Shown piece by piece: positions 36,301-49,000 of a stretch of 55,810 nucleotides of DNA. The notes beneath the pieces were generated by a model that saw only the letters and a program-made list of their open reading frames with translations, was not told where the DNA came from and did not search any database. This stretch comes from a virus (lineage: Duplodnaviria > Caudoviricetes): positions 1 through 55,810 of the IMG/VR virus record IMGVR_UViG_3300042475_004921; one strand, 5' to 3'. Numbering within the stretch: position 1 is the stretch's first letter; each line of letters begins with the position of its first letter. A program made the translations under genes and the position numbers.

Positions 36301-38455
36301 AATCTGCTGAAATTGGACCAACAGCATTAGCTGAAATAGTAACATTGAATTGTTTTCGGATAACTAGACTAGAATTTGAAAGATTTACATTTGATACTTT
36401 ATCTTTTGGAATTTTTGTATATAGAGTATTATCCTGCGATTTCGTAAATTGCGAAGAAAGGATAGTGAAATCTGATGGGTTAATCGTAGTTGTAGGTAAT
36501 TTACCATCACAAATACCAGTTACGGAAGATACTCCAACTATTGTTAGAGTTTTGGAGTTGACTTTAGTTACTTTTGCAAATGTGCTGGTAGTTAAGCCCG
36601 GTGTTGAAAAAGCTACAATATTTCCAACATTGACGTTTCCTATAAAAGTATCCGAGGTTCGGGTTACGGTTGAAATTCCACTTCCAGAATCAACGGCACT
36701 TATATTTACTTGACCAATTTGTAAATTAGAATATTGTTTAACATCTGCAGTGAACGTATAAGCAGTTCCAACCACACCATATAGGGATTTTACATCATTT
36801 AAAGAATAAGAAGTAACGGCGGTGGATACTCTAGTATTTTCAATACCATTAAAGGCGAGCTTTTCGCCTACAGAGAATGTGCCCCTAATATCATAAATGG
36901 TCGTAATTCCGCTATTTCTCGAATCGTAGCGTAAAAACCCTGTTGCTCCACTTGATTTACCTAAAACTTGGCAAGGGATATTGTAGAGTGTGTTGCTATC
37001 TAAATTCTGATTGAGAGTTATTTCAGTGTACCCTTGAACATCAAATAGTGAAATATCCCACTCATTTAGGTTAGGATTAGTTGTTGAATATGAACCGGAT
37101 TCAAGAGCAAAGTCATATACTCGCGCTAGACCTATTTCATTTCCGGCTGCTACAGTTTGGTTGTTACCTATTCTTGAGTCCCTAAGACTTATTGTATAGT
37201 TTGTTGAAATGCCAATGTTAGGAGACCCATAAACTCTGTTTAGAGTTAGGCTGGAGCCAGTATAATATACAAGCTCTTGCTTCTCTAACAATTTGGTTGT
37301 TCTTGGTTTCGGAAAATCAATAAAAGTTGGGCTTATCGTTTTTGACTCGTAACCTTGAACATATGCCTTTACCGGTGATATGTGATATATGCCCAATTCA
37401 TCTCTAGGTGTATTTCCGCTATAGGTTACATCTGAAGAATTGTAAATACCGTTATTACCCAAAAGGTTATTTAAGGATTCACTAATAGATACTACTGGTG
37501 GGTTTATATAATAATTTCCAGATTCATCAAATGTTCTTTTTGCAAACTCCTGCTCTAAAATATTATACGATGAAACTTCCTGTGTATCTATTAGATTTCC
37601 ATTTTTAATTTCTAAAAGTTGAACGAAATTACTAGGCTTATCTTCGTTTACTCCGTATTTTGTGAGGATTAACTGAATTGATAACCTGTCAGCGCCCGGT
37701 GCAGTATAATTTGGCGATCCATTGGCATTATCTAGGAGTTCAATTTTGTTAAAAGAATTGATGATGGTTTCTTCAACGAAAAACCCGACTTTATAGGAAG
37801 GTGTGTTGGTATATTGACTTAATAGTAAAGTTTGCCTATAAACGTTTACAAAATTTCCCCTAATAAAATAAACACCATCTGAAACTGTAACTGCGGATGC
37901 AACAGAATTGCAATTACTTGCAATAGTGGCCGCAAATGTCTCACCCGCCGTGAAAACAACTGTCTCTCCGGTTGAAATTGTTACATTAACAGAAGTTTCT
38001 AATGTAATCTCTTCACCATCTGCAAAAAGTTCGGCAGTTCCATTTGTAGAATCTGAACCGATATATTTCAAATATAGTGAAGCATTCCCTCTTAACGATT
38101 CGTTTTGGGTTCTAACTAATATTATTTTTGCTCTAATACCACTCGTTTTGCCTATAATAGTTTTACCAACCAGTAGTGGAATGTATGTAGATACACTAAT
38201 TCCATTATAAGAATTTTGAAGTTCTACTACTTGTAAATTATTATCGTAATCAATATTTCCGGGAATTACAATAGAACCCTCTTTGAAAATATGACTTCCA
38301 AATTTTTCAATTTGATCTTGTAAGATTGATTGTAAATTATTAACTTCTCTTGCTTGGACTGGCTTTGAGGGTTTAAAAAGAACACGATGATAATTATCCT
38401 TAGGATCGAAATCATCGTTATATGGAGTAATATTTAAATTTGTTTCCTGGGGCAT
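33335..38455 (-). CDS. Large virion structural protein (VrlC/DUF4815-like)
   Basis: PYNDDF...RVLFKP..PVQARE...QSILQ.Q, APGADRL, RTFDESGNY, RYRMEDI..LE.RI.NLEYYTSL, RFKSGFFVDNF. Confidence 0.85.
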   Translation of the reverse strand: MPQETNLNITPYNDDFDPKDNYHRVLFKPSKPVQAREVNNLQSILQDQIEKFGSHIFKEGSIVIPGNIDYDNNLQVVELQNSYNGISVSTYIPLLVGKTIIGKTSGIRAKIILVRTQNESLRGNASLYLKYIGSDSTNGTAELFADGEEITLETSVNVTISTGETVVFTAGETFAATIASNCNSVASAVTVSDGVYFIRGNFVNVYRQTLLLSQYTNTPSYKVGFFVEETIINSFNKIELLDNANGSPNYTAPGADRLSIQLILTKYGVNEDKPSNFVQLLEIKNGNLIDTQEVSSYNILEQEFAKRTFDESGNYYINPPVVSISESLNNLLGNNGIYNSSDVTYSGNTPRDELGIYHISPVKAYVQGYESKTISPTFIDFPKPRTTKLLEKQELVYYTGSSLTLNRVYGSPNIGISTNYTISLRDSRIGNNQTVAAGNEIGLARVYDFALESGSYSTTNPNLNEWDISLFDVQGYTEITLNQNLDSNTLYNIPCQVLGKSSGATGFLRYDSRNSGITTIYDIRGTFSVGEKLAFNGIENTRVSTAVTSYSLNDVKSLYGVVGTAYTFTADVKQYSNLQIGQVNISAVDSGSGISTVTRTSDTFIGNVNVGNIVAFSTPGLTTSTFAKVTKVNSKTLTIVGVSSVTGICDGKLPTTTINPSDFTILSSQFTKSQDNTLYTKIPKDKVSNVNLSNSSLVIRKQFNVTISANAVGPISADSDETFLPFDEERYVLIREDGTTEALSPDKFTYGNGSSTLSIGGLGSNTNAKLIATLRKVNISEKVKYKNRINIVTFDKSKYSASGIGTTTLNDGLSYGNYPYGSRVQDNDICLLTPDVTKIYGVFESSTVNSAALPKLTLSSINGQTNKTGDLLVGEKFIGTNSKAVGILVRTVNDLSINFVYLNSANFIVNESITFQETGVTATISASENGDSDITSHFSFDSGQKSTIYDYSKISRNPNIKEPNKRLTVIFESANYLNSDVGDIVTSNSYRNFDYCELGNVNGISLADIIDVRPRVSQYNITENSRSPFEFLGRDFSNNSSNPKNILASDESINLDYSFYLPRYDKLFLTKNSQIQLVVGVPAELPQPPNSIDNALEIASIYLPAYLCNTDDINIQLVSHKRYRMEDIKKLEDRISNLEYYTSLTLLETDTANLFIPDTSGLNRFKSGFFVDNFNSSTTQQKDTIIKNSIDIDNGELRPSHYTTEIDLIIASNSIVGIGTVADTLVDLKYSNDLIGSNVKKTGELLTLDYDEVVEIVQPYSTRVDNVASYRNNTFSGTIILYPSSDVWADQVTVSTKNVTVASNYTPSPQQLSSLGLDQQSGFNPVLWDSVSKIWSSGNSLLSSQVIPYLRSRNVEFTAKRMKTLTRLYPYFDGRSFDKFIVPKLIEISMISGTFSPGEVIVGTNSNTDVKIKFRCAASNHKYGPYNSPTVTYKQNPYSSDKTIPEFYSSTTTILNVDTYSLANMVQGDFGGYIDSGMTLKGQTSGAEARINPIIKLVTDSSGDLIGCFFIPNRNNNQNPSFESGTRVFRLTNSPTNSLIDGAATTFSEEKYYSSGRLNSIEQNIVRNEPPQTPPPPITPIYYPPVAANTPATPVYYTPPVSTPPPVSAPPSVPRVSTPPPVAVIASPPPPPAAQVPNPWSSGDIDIRSSKITASAEGQRLVDSINAKNGTSFTVDQLRNKAGIKNINSVSDLNQLNDAARALAGR
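33540..33750 (-). repeat. Pro-rich low-complexity repeat (TP.YY x2, PPVS/TPPPV units)
   Basis: PPQTPPPPITPIYYPPV...TPVYYTPPVSTPPPVSAPP...VSTPPPV...SPPPPP; GGTGGAGG units recur on the plus strand. Confidence 0.7.
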
Positions 38456-38461
38456 TGGGAA

Positions 38462-40009
38462 TTAGAATAGCAAAATTACTTTAACGTCTTCCTGTTGATT
38501 GATAGACCTCGGTGTAGATGGCCGATTGTCAACATGAATAATATCTCCAGAATATTTCTTTACTTCGGGATTTGATATACCATTTGTAAAGTTTTGCCCT
38601 AGATAATTATTATTTATTGTATTGTAGTCGCCGTTAAAGGTGTTATCAATCGGTACAACACTAGAATTGCAAATTAAGTTAAGTGAACCATCAACATCGG
38701 GGGTGCTAGTAAAGGCGTTCAAATTAAATCCATAAGTTGGAGATGGATTTTGCGTCCCATCTTGATTAAACCCGGCTAGGGAACGATCTTGCCAGTATTT
38801 CAAAACATTATTTGTATAATCAAATGAGGCAACTCTTCCAATAGCGGTTGCCCCTACGCCAATAGTCTGGGTGAAAGTTGAATTTACAGGAAATGTGTCT
38901 GGATTTAAATTTGCCCCAGAAACTTTAATTGCAGACAGGGCACTGGCCCTATCAGCATTTAATAGTGTAGTTGAACCAAATGTTTGGGCATTCTTCACAA
39001 TTCCAAATCTCGCGGTCTGATTTCCTATAATAAAATCTGGATTTGTTGGGTCGTTTTCAAATCTAGCATATAACATCACCTTAGTTGCACCTAATTCTCG
39101 GTAAATGTCGTAACCATGTCCACCTTTTGGTGGAATAATTACATTAAACACTGGGGCTAAAGTTCCGACTTGAATATTTGCAGAACTCAAATCAACGGTG
39201 CCATATGTATAACCCGTTCCACCTTTTGTCACAGTTATAGAATCAACTTTTGAATCATTATTGATGACGACCGTTGCTTCTGCTCCATAACCATCTCCTA
39301 CAATTTTAACTTTACTGTAGGCAGTATTTGGTGCGCCAACCGATACTCCCCTATTGGCAATAGTTATAATTTTTATTTGTCCACCATTGGTTGCATTATT
39401 TCTTATTGGTGAATATTCTGAATTTGTTTCCCAATCCGAGGGGACCGGAATATAATTTGCAGTAACAAATTTAATAATATCACTGGGTTTAATTGTATAA
39501 AGGTATTTCCATATGTATCCATCCCCACCATCTCCGGCACCTCTTGGTTCCAAATCTGTGAAAGTCGGTTCATTTAATGATGGTCTACCATTAGGGTTTT
39601 CGGGGTCGGAGCCATTGAAAAGGCAAATATAAACTTTATAATCTTCATTGACTACATAATAACCCGAGGAATAGAGTGTAGTTGCACCAGACGGCCTGGA
39701 GACGTTAGTTCTGGTAATGTCATTGCGATACATATCATAAATTGTGCCAGATGTCCAGGTTGAATTTTTAATTACAAGTCTAACATTATTCGTATATATT
39801 TTTTTGAGTGCGATCATTGTATCCCAATAATCGTTCTCTTGGTCAAAACTATCTTTCGGTGCAGGCGGATTTACGTTCCAGGATGATTGATACTCCGTTG
39901 CATTAGGTAGGCCAATAAAGGTATAATATGTGTCTTTACCAGTAGACACAGAATTTACAAAGTTCTTTGCCAGTGATATTCTATGTTGTTCTGTAATTAT
40001 TGCAGACAT
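38462..40009 (-). CDS. gp8: Baseplate wedge subunit
   Basis: MSAIIT, W.SGTIYDMYR, YKVYICL.NG, DGYIWKYLYTI, PPKGGHG, EDVKVIL. Confidence 0.93.
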   Translation of the reverse strand: MSAIITEQHRISLAKNFVNSVSTGKDTYYTFIGLPNATEYQSSWNVNPPAPKDSFDQENDYWDTMIALKKIYTNNVRLVIKNSTWTSGTIYDMYRNDITRTNVSRPSGATTLYSSGYYVVNEDYKVYICLFNGSDPENPNGRPSLNEPTFTDLEPRGAGDGGDGYIWKYLYTIKPSDIIKFVTANYIPVPSDWETNSEYSPIRNNATNGGQIKIITIANRGVSVGAPNTAYSKVKIVGDGYGAEATVVINNDSKVDSITVTKGGTGYTYGTVDLSSANIQVGTLAPVFNVIIPPKGGHGYDIYRELGATKVMLYARFENDPTNPDFIIGNQTARFGIVKNAQTFGSTTLLNADRASALSAIKVSGANLNPDTFPVNSTFTQTIGVGATAIGRVASFDYTNNVLKYWQDRSLAGFNQDGTQNPSPTYGFNLNAFTSTPDVDGSLNLICNSSVVPIDNTFNGDYNTINNNYLGQNFTNGISNPEVKKYSGDIIHVDNRPSTPRSINQQEDVKVILLF

Positions 40010-40027
40010 ATTATTCTTTTTAGCTAT

Positions 40028-43000
40028 TTATGTGTAATTTTTATATTTGAGGGGATTAATTCTTTTAATTATGGGGGAAGTATTTATTCCGGAAATTCCA
40101 TTATTATAAACTGTAAATTTGTCTGATGATACGCCATCTGGAATAGTAATTTTACCCCAACTATAAGTTCCATAAAAATTCGTTAAGGCAATTCCAATAT
40201 TGTTATTTTGCACAGGTGTTATAACTCTAGCAATAGAAGTTGTTCCGATTCCTGAAACAACTGTACTGGCAATTGAAACAGATAAAACCTTATAGACATT
40301 ATCGAGATAGGTTGTTCCGGTAGAAATTAAAGCTCCAGTTTCATCTAACGACACGGTTCCATTACCAAGATGTGAATTTTTAACCACGAAATAGTAACCA
40401 GTTTGAATACCACTAACCGGAATCGCCGTGCCTACTATATTTGAATTTCTAAGGAATGAATCTTGAGGTATAAAAAGATCAAATATGAGGGCGGTTGTTG
40501 CAATTCCGACTGAAGAAGTACCTACACCTGAAATCAAACCGAAATCGCCTTCATAACTGCTGGTTGTTACATCCACAAATATATTTTTAGGATGTTCAAA
40601 CATAACTTGTGGTGGGGATGTGAAAGTATATCCAGCGCCGGGGGAGTTTATGGTTATTGAACTTATTGAACCCGATGAGATAAATGTAGTAGCATATGCT
40701 CTTGATGCAGTTGTAAATCCAACTGGAATCGGGAATGAAATTGTGGGGGGAGTAATATAACCCTTTCCACCATCCAGAATTGTTGCAGAAACGATGGAGC
40801 CGGAATTTGATACAGTTACAGTGGCAATAGCAACTCTAACTTCATCTTGGGAAATGATTCTCAATTCGTTCCTATAATCTTGAACAGTATTTTCCCGCTC
40901 ATCGTCAAATATGGTTCTAACGTTCTCAACGAATAGTATATTCGTATTAATACCAACAGATTTGAGGATATTCGTTGATGGTTCTATAATATCCTCATAT
41001 ATTTCTCTATTTTTAGTAACTTCGGTTTGATTTATGAAGAGATCCTCGGTTTGTTTTCTCCATCTTATTGGTCTAGTATAGGATTCATCCTCGGTCACCC
41101 CGACTCCAGTGTACGTGATAGTGTTAACGGTATCGGATGACGGTACACCAGAAACTAATCTATCGGTTTCGGCGTAATAAAAATCATCTTCTAGTCTAAC
41201 TAAATCCCCCGGCTTTACCGTTTCAACAACATCGACATCAATAACGTCATTTGACCCGGAACCCCTATAAAATAGAATTGCACATGAATAATTTTCTCTG
41301 GGGGGCTCGCTGAACGTTATAAAACTGCTACCAGTAATGGAATAACTATCACCTGGAACTTGAAGAATGCCGTTTATAAAAACAAGAAAGATATTGTTAA
41401 TGTCAATTAGTGAACTGTAGCCGGTCCTAATACTTCTTAATTCATTGTCAATTTTGAGTGGAAATGAGCGTCTATTTCCGTCAAATAGAGATTCAATTGG
41501 GTCAATAAGTTGTAATTGACCAAAAGACCACCCGGAAAATTCATTATTATAAATCTCATCCACCAGAATTTTAAAATCGGAATATTGAGGGCCGGCCAGT
41601 GGAGGTGGTATTAGTGTAGACGGAATTCCTACAGTACCCCCGATAGCTACGGTTAAAATATCACCTTTTTTATATCCAAACCCGCGATTAACTATTTCAA
41701 CATCTACAACACTAGAGTTGATGCCAACCGTGAGATTAGCTCTTGCTCCCGTTCCTATTCCAGAAGATAATAGGGGTATATTTACATATGGAAGGGGCGC
41801 ATCAAATTTTATTGTGGGTGGATTTGTAAATGTAAACCCTGCCCCCGGATTTATCAGATTAACAGAAACGACGTTTCCATTTAGAACTGAAGCTATACCA
41901 ACATTCTGGAAGGTGGATAATCCAGAGGTTGGCGAGTATGCACTAACCATTACAGTTTGAAGACCAGACCGGTATCCCGAACCCTGATTATTAACAGTTA
42001 TTGATGTAATGGTCCCAGCTAAAGAAACATTAGCTGTGCCTCCAGCGGAAACGAGCGGTTGTAACCCATACCCACGACTATAGCCAATAGAAACGATAAC
42101 TCCCCCTATTGGTAGTCCGGAACCATTTACGTCATTCACCTGTGTTGTAGGGGCACCTAGGAACCTAATAGAGGATATTCCAGCGGTTTGTGAAATCGTG
42201 TAACTATTATATGCTCTATTAAATCCTGACAATTCAGATGGAACTTGAAAAACTTCATTAATTAATATTGAACCAGTATCTGTAGCAATTCCAGTAATAT
42301 TTTGGAAATTACTTTTTAGTGTAAAAGATGAGGAGATTCCATTAAACCCACTAGAAATATCATCTAAAACGAAATTGGTGTAATACGCATCATTTGAAGT
42401 ATTTTTGATACCATTTCGCATAAAAACTCTACCATTAAAATTAAGAAATGAGGTAATGCCAACATAATCAACATCCTCGGGTGAGCCTCCAACTGTTCCC
42501 ATTGGCGACGGTCCTTTAGGGGGCTCTACAAAATGTATAGTATTATCAACAATATTGTAATTACCTTGTATTTTATAAACAGTAGAATTTGCGGCATGGG
42601 CTGCAGCGTTAGTTCCAACCCATGCCCGGTTAACTCCAACGCTATTGGTTGATGCGATTCCAACAGAAATTACTTTTACTATTTCGTCATCAATTTTTAC
42701 ATAATCACCACTGGCGAAATCTCCAATACCCCGGAAAGAAAATGTTGTTACACTTATCCCTACAGATGAATTAATTGTAGTTGAGGTCGCAGTAGCCGCA
42801 ATTGGAGCTTGTATGATGCCACCCAGAGTTATGATAGCCTTACTATTTTGATTGGTTGATTTTATTATGTGTGTGCTACCAATTCCAACACTAGACAGAA
42901 TCAGGGGTATTGGTTTACTTTTAATAGCATTTTCAGCAGTAATAGCTAATGCTATTTCAGATTCACTATATTTTACAACATATAAAGTTGGCGGCAATTT

Positions 43001-46000
43001 ATCTGTAATACCTATTCCTGCGATATTTGTGCTCTGTATTCCTATTGGACTACCAATATAGGAATATGTAACTTTCTCACCATCAGTGAAGTAATGATTT
43101 GGTATTTTTATACTGTTATTTTGAATATCAACGATAGATTGACTGCTGCCATCAAATTTTCTAAGAAAAATATCATCATTGCGGCTGGTTAGGTCAAACT
43201 GGCTGGTAATGCCATCAAATTTCGGGCTAATATCATCAATAACTAGAACTCTATTTCCGACTACCAGTGAATAATCTTGTAATATTTTATTCTTAAAATA
43301 AATTTGATTAGATGCAAGATTCGCCCCAACTTTAAAATTATTTTCCGTGCCTAAATCATAATCAACAATAGCATTTAAGTCAACTTCCGAAATGCTGGAT
43401 ATATTGAGATTAAAAAGGGAATCATTTTGTTCAGTCTTGATGCCACTTGACGGTGTGGATTCTATGATAAAATCTCCAAATTTTTTAAATCCTGCAATAT
43501 GGGTCAGGCTGCTCACTGGATTATTCCAGGTTTCATAGTCAATTGTAGATTTTAAAGAATACGCAAAGGATTGATAATAATTACTATCTTGGATTCTCTG
43601 AAATTCATTATCGAAAAACCCTCTTTCAGTATTCCAACCTTTTTTCACAATGGAGGATGAATTTGTGATATATTTTGATTTAAAGTTATAGATTTTACTG
43701 ACAGTTCCAAGCGAAAGTGAATCTGCACCTAAAATTGATGCCCCAGGATATAAATCATCTGTTGAAGAGAGTGTTAAGAACTCATTCTCCTCATTCCAAA
43801 ATTGAACGATACCTGAGAAATTATTTGAGGTAACAATTTCGTCTTTTAGAAAAGAGTTCTTGGTTAAATCAATTGTAAATTGTGGGAAGAATTTTTCTGG
43901 AACCACTGTTCCAGAAAAAACAGATGTATTAAATACGCCAGGGTATTCACCTGCGGTTAATTTGTCTGCCAGGCTATAAGTAATAGAGCCATTAGCCCCG
44001 CCAATGTTTGGGTTAATTTGTGTAATAGTGAATCTTGAATAATCATAAGATGAAGAGTTATATCCTTTGGCGCCAGGATCTGCAATAATTGCAACGTTTT
44101 CAATTAATACTTTATCCCCAACCGCAAAGGGGAAATCAGAAAGATTGCTATACCCTTGATACAAAAATACTGTTACATTTTTGGTAATAAAATTATATGC
44201 AATTGAATTTATTTGAATACCATTTGAATTATTTGTCGGAATAATTATGGGATAAACATTATTGATTCCCTTACTATTTTTAAATATTGTTACCTCGCTA
44301 TCGCCCAGTTCATATCTGAGGTCTACGTCTGGAACCTTTTTTAATGTTAGCCCATCTAATAATACTAAAGAAGGTGGAAAAATATAATTTTTACCTTGAG
44401 AGGCAATACCAACATGTTTTAGTGTTGTTTGAGGATTTACTTTGAGAACTAATGGGGTTTGAGTTAACGGACTCAAAGATAAATCCGCCGGATAGTCATA
44501 TCCTATATCATTTATTTTTACACTGTTTATTCTTCCGATTGAACTACTAACCACTTCAAGTATTGCATTGGAACCATTCTTTGTGGTAACTGAACTAATT
44601 CCAGGAAGAAACTGGTATCCACCTCCACCGGAAGTGACCGTAATTTTGTCAATGGGCCCTGTTGCATTACTGGAATTTGTGATGTACTTTACATTTCCAT
44701 TATAGCTAGATTTTTCTGGAATATTTGGTATCGTGTAAGAAAATGCAGTGGTGCCCACGCCGCTAACCACATAGGACCCAGAATAATAACTTTCAGTAAA
44801 GTTAATTTTGTTGTAATTGTTATTATATTCTCTATCAGTATAAACTGCTTTGTCTGTTTTAGAAATTACGTTATAATATAACTCGTTCGGCAAATTGCCG
44901 TCATTCTTTAGTGTAACATTGGCCGTAGGGTCTATACCAATTTTTCCACTTTTGGTTAAGTTAAAATTGCTAGTTTCATATGTTGTGTAGAATTTATTGG
45001 AGAAATTGTCATCAGTAAAAACATCAAAATCAAACGATGGGACAGTTTCAAAGCCGTTAAATTCCGAAAGAGAAGAATCAGATAAATCAAATATTACAGA
45101 ATTACCGCCGATAACATCAATACTCGGATTGATTTCAGAGACCGCCCCCGGAGAATTACCATTCAATTCTACAAATTCATTAGATACTACTGCACCATAG
45201 TAAGATCTACTCAGGCCAATTTTATCTGAATTGATGACAATTGCATAATAAATTCCATTATTTTCTAGACCAATTGTTGGAGAATTTGAAGTATAAATTA
45301 ACTTTTTGCCTGTATAATACCTATGATTTTTAACGGTGATAAAATTATCAACAACATCCATAGACGCAAAAGTTCTAGGATTTAGAAGAAGCCTTTGAGT
45401 TTCTTTATTATATGAAACTTTGATAATTTGATCATCTTGTGGTTGCACATCTACGATAATTTGGTCATTGGGAGCCAAGCCTGAAACCGATTCAGTGAAA
45501 ACTGAGACTAAATTTTTATCAACTTGGGCTCTAGTTGAATCGTAAGAAGTCAATAGGCTATGCTTATTCCCCGAGCCAGTGCTGTTATAGTAAAGAATTT
45601 TCGCGGCACTTGTAGTATTATAGCCGACATAATTTCCAGTGGAACCCACACCAACTTTTTCAGTGGAAAGGCCAACAAAATCGCCGGAATATGCTACAAC
45701 ATATAAGATTGAACCATCGGCCAGGGGATAAGTTAATGGTCCGCTCGTTACACTAAATGGCGTGCCCCCGTTGTTTTTATAGATTAACTTCTCTCCAGTT
45801 GTTAGGGCATGTTCAGGTATGTATATCGTTCTTGTAGGAACAAAAATACTCGTTGGCCCTACTCCTGGATTTGAAAAGAATATTGTAGTTCCAATACCAA
45901 CACCTACAGATTCAGAGGGATTGAAGTAAATTTCTTTGTTAATAGCAGAATTTGTAAACCCATGCCCGCCAATGGGTATAAAGAATTTTCTGGGAAGCTC

Positions 46001-49000
46001 TACTATTTCTGTACCCGCAATATGAGAAGTTCCTAACGTTCCTGCGTATTGCCGCTCTACTAATAATCTTGAAGATTTCCTATCAACATTCAATACTTTT
46101 ATCTTTTCATCTTTTATTTGTAGTATATCATTCTCTCTAATATTTGGATAATTTAGATTTCCATATAGGTTAAGATATGTTATATTTCCAGTAAAAAATG
46201 GGGCATCCAGGTTTGCATTTAATATAAACTTTTGGCCTTCAACCGAGACTCTAAAGACGTTTTGCAGCTGAGTCTGATTGTGATTTAAATTTGAAATGCC
46301 TACTACATCATTATTCTGAAACAAATGGGGCTCTTTACAGAATCCTATAATTCCATATTGCGCATTTGGAGTAAATTCAACATCATAATATGAGGTAGAA
46401 GCAACGCTAATTGCAGAAACATTTTTACCAGATAAAGACGACACTTCTGCTGCAGCATTTATACCACCCGAAATTCCGCTATTGAATAGTAACTTATCAC
46501 CAATTTTATATTTATTCCCACCATCGTAGACAATAACACCCTCAACCGAACCGGGAAGTATGCTTGTTATTGTTGAGGTTTGTTCATATTGACTAAAGGG
46601 TTGAATGAGATATTTGTAGAAACTATTTTTGGAATTTAATGTAAACGGGGTTACATTTCTTAACCAACCGGTGGTATTTAAATTAATTAAATCTTGATTT
46701 GATGAGTAGATAAAATTAAAATCTATTACTTTTGAATGATATGTATTTCCTATAAAATATGGAAAAGTGGGTTTAAAATAATTAGCAAAAGCCCCAACAG
46801 TTTCATATGTATTTTTGGAAATCGTTGAAAAATACGCATATGTTCCGTTAGGGAACTCAGGAGTCACGCAATAACGGCCATTGTGCTCATCTAAATCGCC
46901 GGTATTTCTGAATTTGTAATCATCAACAAAAAATCCCTGGGGGTATAATGTTAGGTTCGGTCTGTTTTCATCTAATAAAAGTTGATATGAACTTTCTATA
47001 CATTTTACGGCGCCTCCTGTTTGCGTTTCATATCCATATGGTCCGTAAATTGGATTTCCATCATATGCCCAACCTAAAATTGGAGAATGAGAATCTGAAA
47101 CCCTTTCCGTTCCATTTACGAACTGTAAATCTGGTTGATATGTTAAATTGCCCGCAATATATTTCGTTGCCGATAAGATTTCCCTTAACTTTCTTGGGGC
47201 ATATCCGTGAGTATATTGTAACCCGTAGTCTGAATTTATACTTTTTGTTATAATCCCATCATCATCTACAATTTTATTTGTATGAAATAGTCTTTCAACG
47301 TTATTAACGGTCCATCTTTTTATATTGGCCCTAATTTTGGCATCATATCCGGCAGGAGTTACAGTTAAGTAAGTATTTCTTGAATCGTAATCATAACCAG
47401 AATTAATAATTTTTACATCCTTTAACTCGCCATTTTCAATAATGGGAGTTAATCTTGCTCCCCTACCAGAACCCACCACTGTAATGTCTGGAGGTGAGTT
47501 ATATCCAACGCCAGAATTGATTACTAATACTTGGGTTATCTTTCCACCATTTACAATTGCCTGCAGTTGTGCAGATTCGCCACTCTTGACGTTAACTGTT
47601 GGCTGTCTATTATAATTTAAAATGTCTTCTTGGCCATATTTTTCCCCGCCATTTTCAACTAATACTGAAGTAATTTCACCACGGAAAATTGGCTGAATTT
47701 TGGCCGAAAAATAAGTGCCAATTCCAGAAATTCCATCAATATTTACAATGATGGGCTCATAGTTGAAATAATGTGTTCCATTACCAGAATTTGTAAGAGT
47801 TACAAATTGACCAGTTTTAAAGTAATGATCGGGAACAGTTGGCGCAACTTCTGATAATTTAAAGCTGCTGTCATTTAGTGCTGTAACGTAGTAGCTTCTA
47901 TTTGTGGTTAGTCCTGAAATTGGAATGTTAGTATAACCTTCATAAATGATCAGCTCACCACTCTTAAAGTTGTGTCCCTTCTTATTGATTATATTTGTTT
48001 CAATACTAATTCCTCTATAGTCAACGGAAACTTTACGATTTTTATAGCCTTCTCCGGGATCAACTACATTAACGGATGAAACCTTTGTTTTGGGTAGAGC
48101 TGAAACGATTCTATGGTTAGCTATTCCACTCGGAGTTAAGTTAATAGTGTTTATACCCGAAATTGCATCAGAATAATTTTTATGCAATTTGATACTCTGG
48201 GCATCAACATTAGATGTAAAATATTGAGAGTTTGTTGTCACTCCACTAACTTTAGTTAGCCCATCTGGTTTAAAGATTACCTTTTCAGCGTGGTTAAAGC
48301 CGTGAAAGGTGGTAAATCCGATGACATTATTGATAATTGAAGTAGACTCAAAAATAGCAGAGTGTTCAAAAAGACTAATTTCAGCCCTGGCCCTGGCGTT
48401 TTTACCATTACCACCAGAAATAGTGATGGAAGGCTCGGAATTAAAATTAAGACCGGGGTTTAATATTCTAATTTCCTTTAAAGAACCGGTTACTTCACAG
48501 TTGACTAGAGCCCCAGATCCCGTTTCATCTGTAATCTCAATTAATGGTGGATTGATAACATCATAATCTGAACCGGGAGAAATGACAACAATAGAATCTA
48601 TTGGCCCATAAAATACAGCATCTTGGGATTTATAGTTTAAAATTTCGACGCCATTATTCAAGATACCAGTATTCCCAACGGGTGTAGGTGTAGGCGATAC
48701 TGTTGGAATTGGTTTTGCGATTTTCCGGAAAAGCTTTTGGTGGTTTAAAGTTTTACCCGAAAAATCATTATATGAAAGTGTGTTGTTTGTTACGGTTCCC
48801 CGAACACTAATGAAAACACCGGCCTTTAAATTTGTTCTACTTGTTGCCAATGAAAAGGAGTCTTTTGTGACTCTCTTGGTATAATAAATTCCTTTTGCAA
48901 TTCCAAGATTGTTAGAAGTATAATTATAAACTACAACATCGCCTGTATAGAATCCATGATTTGTATAGTTTATTACTGTTCCATCAAAAGTGCCATTTAA

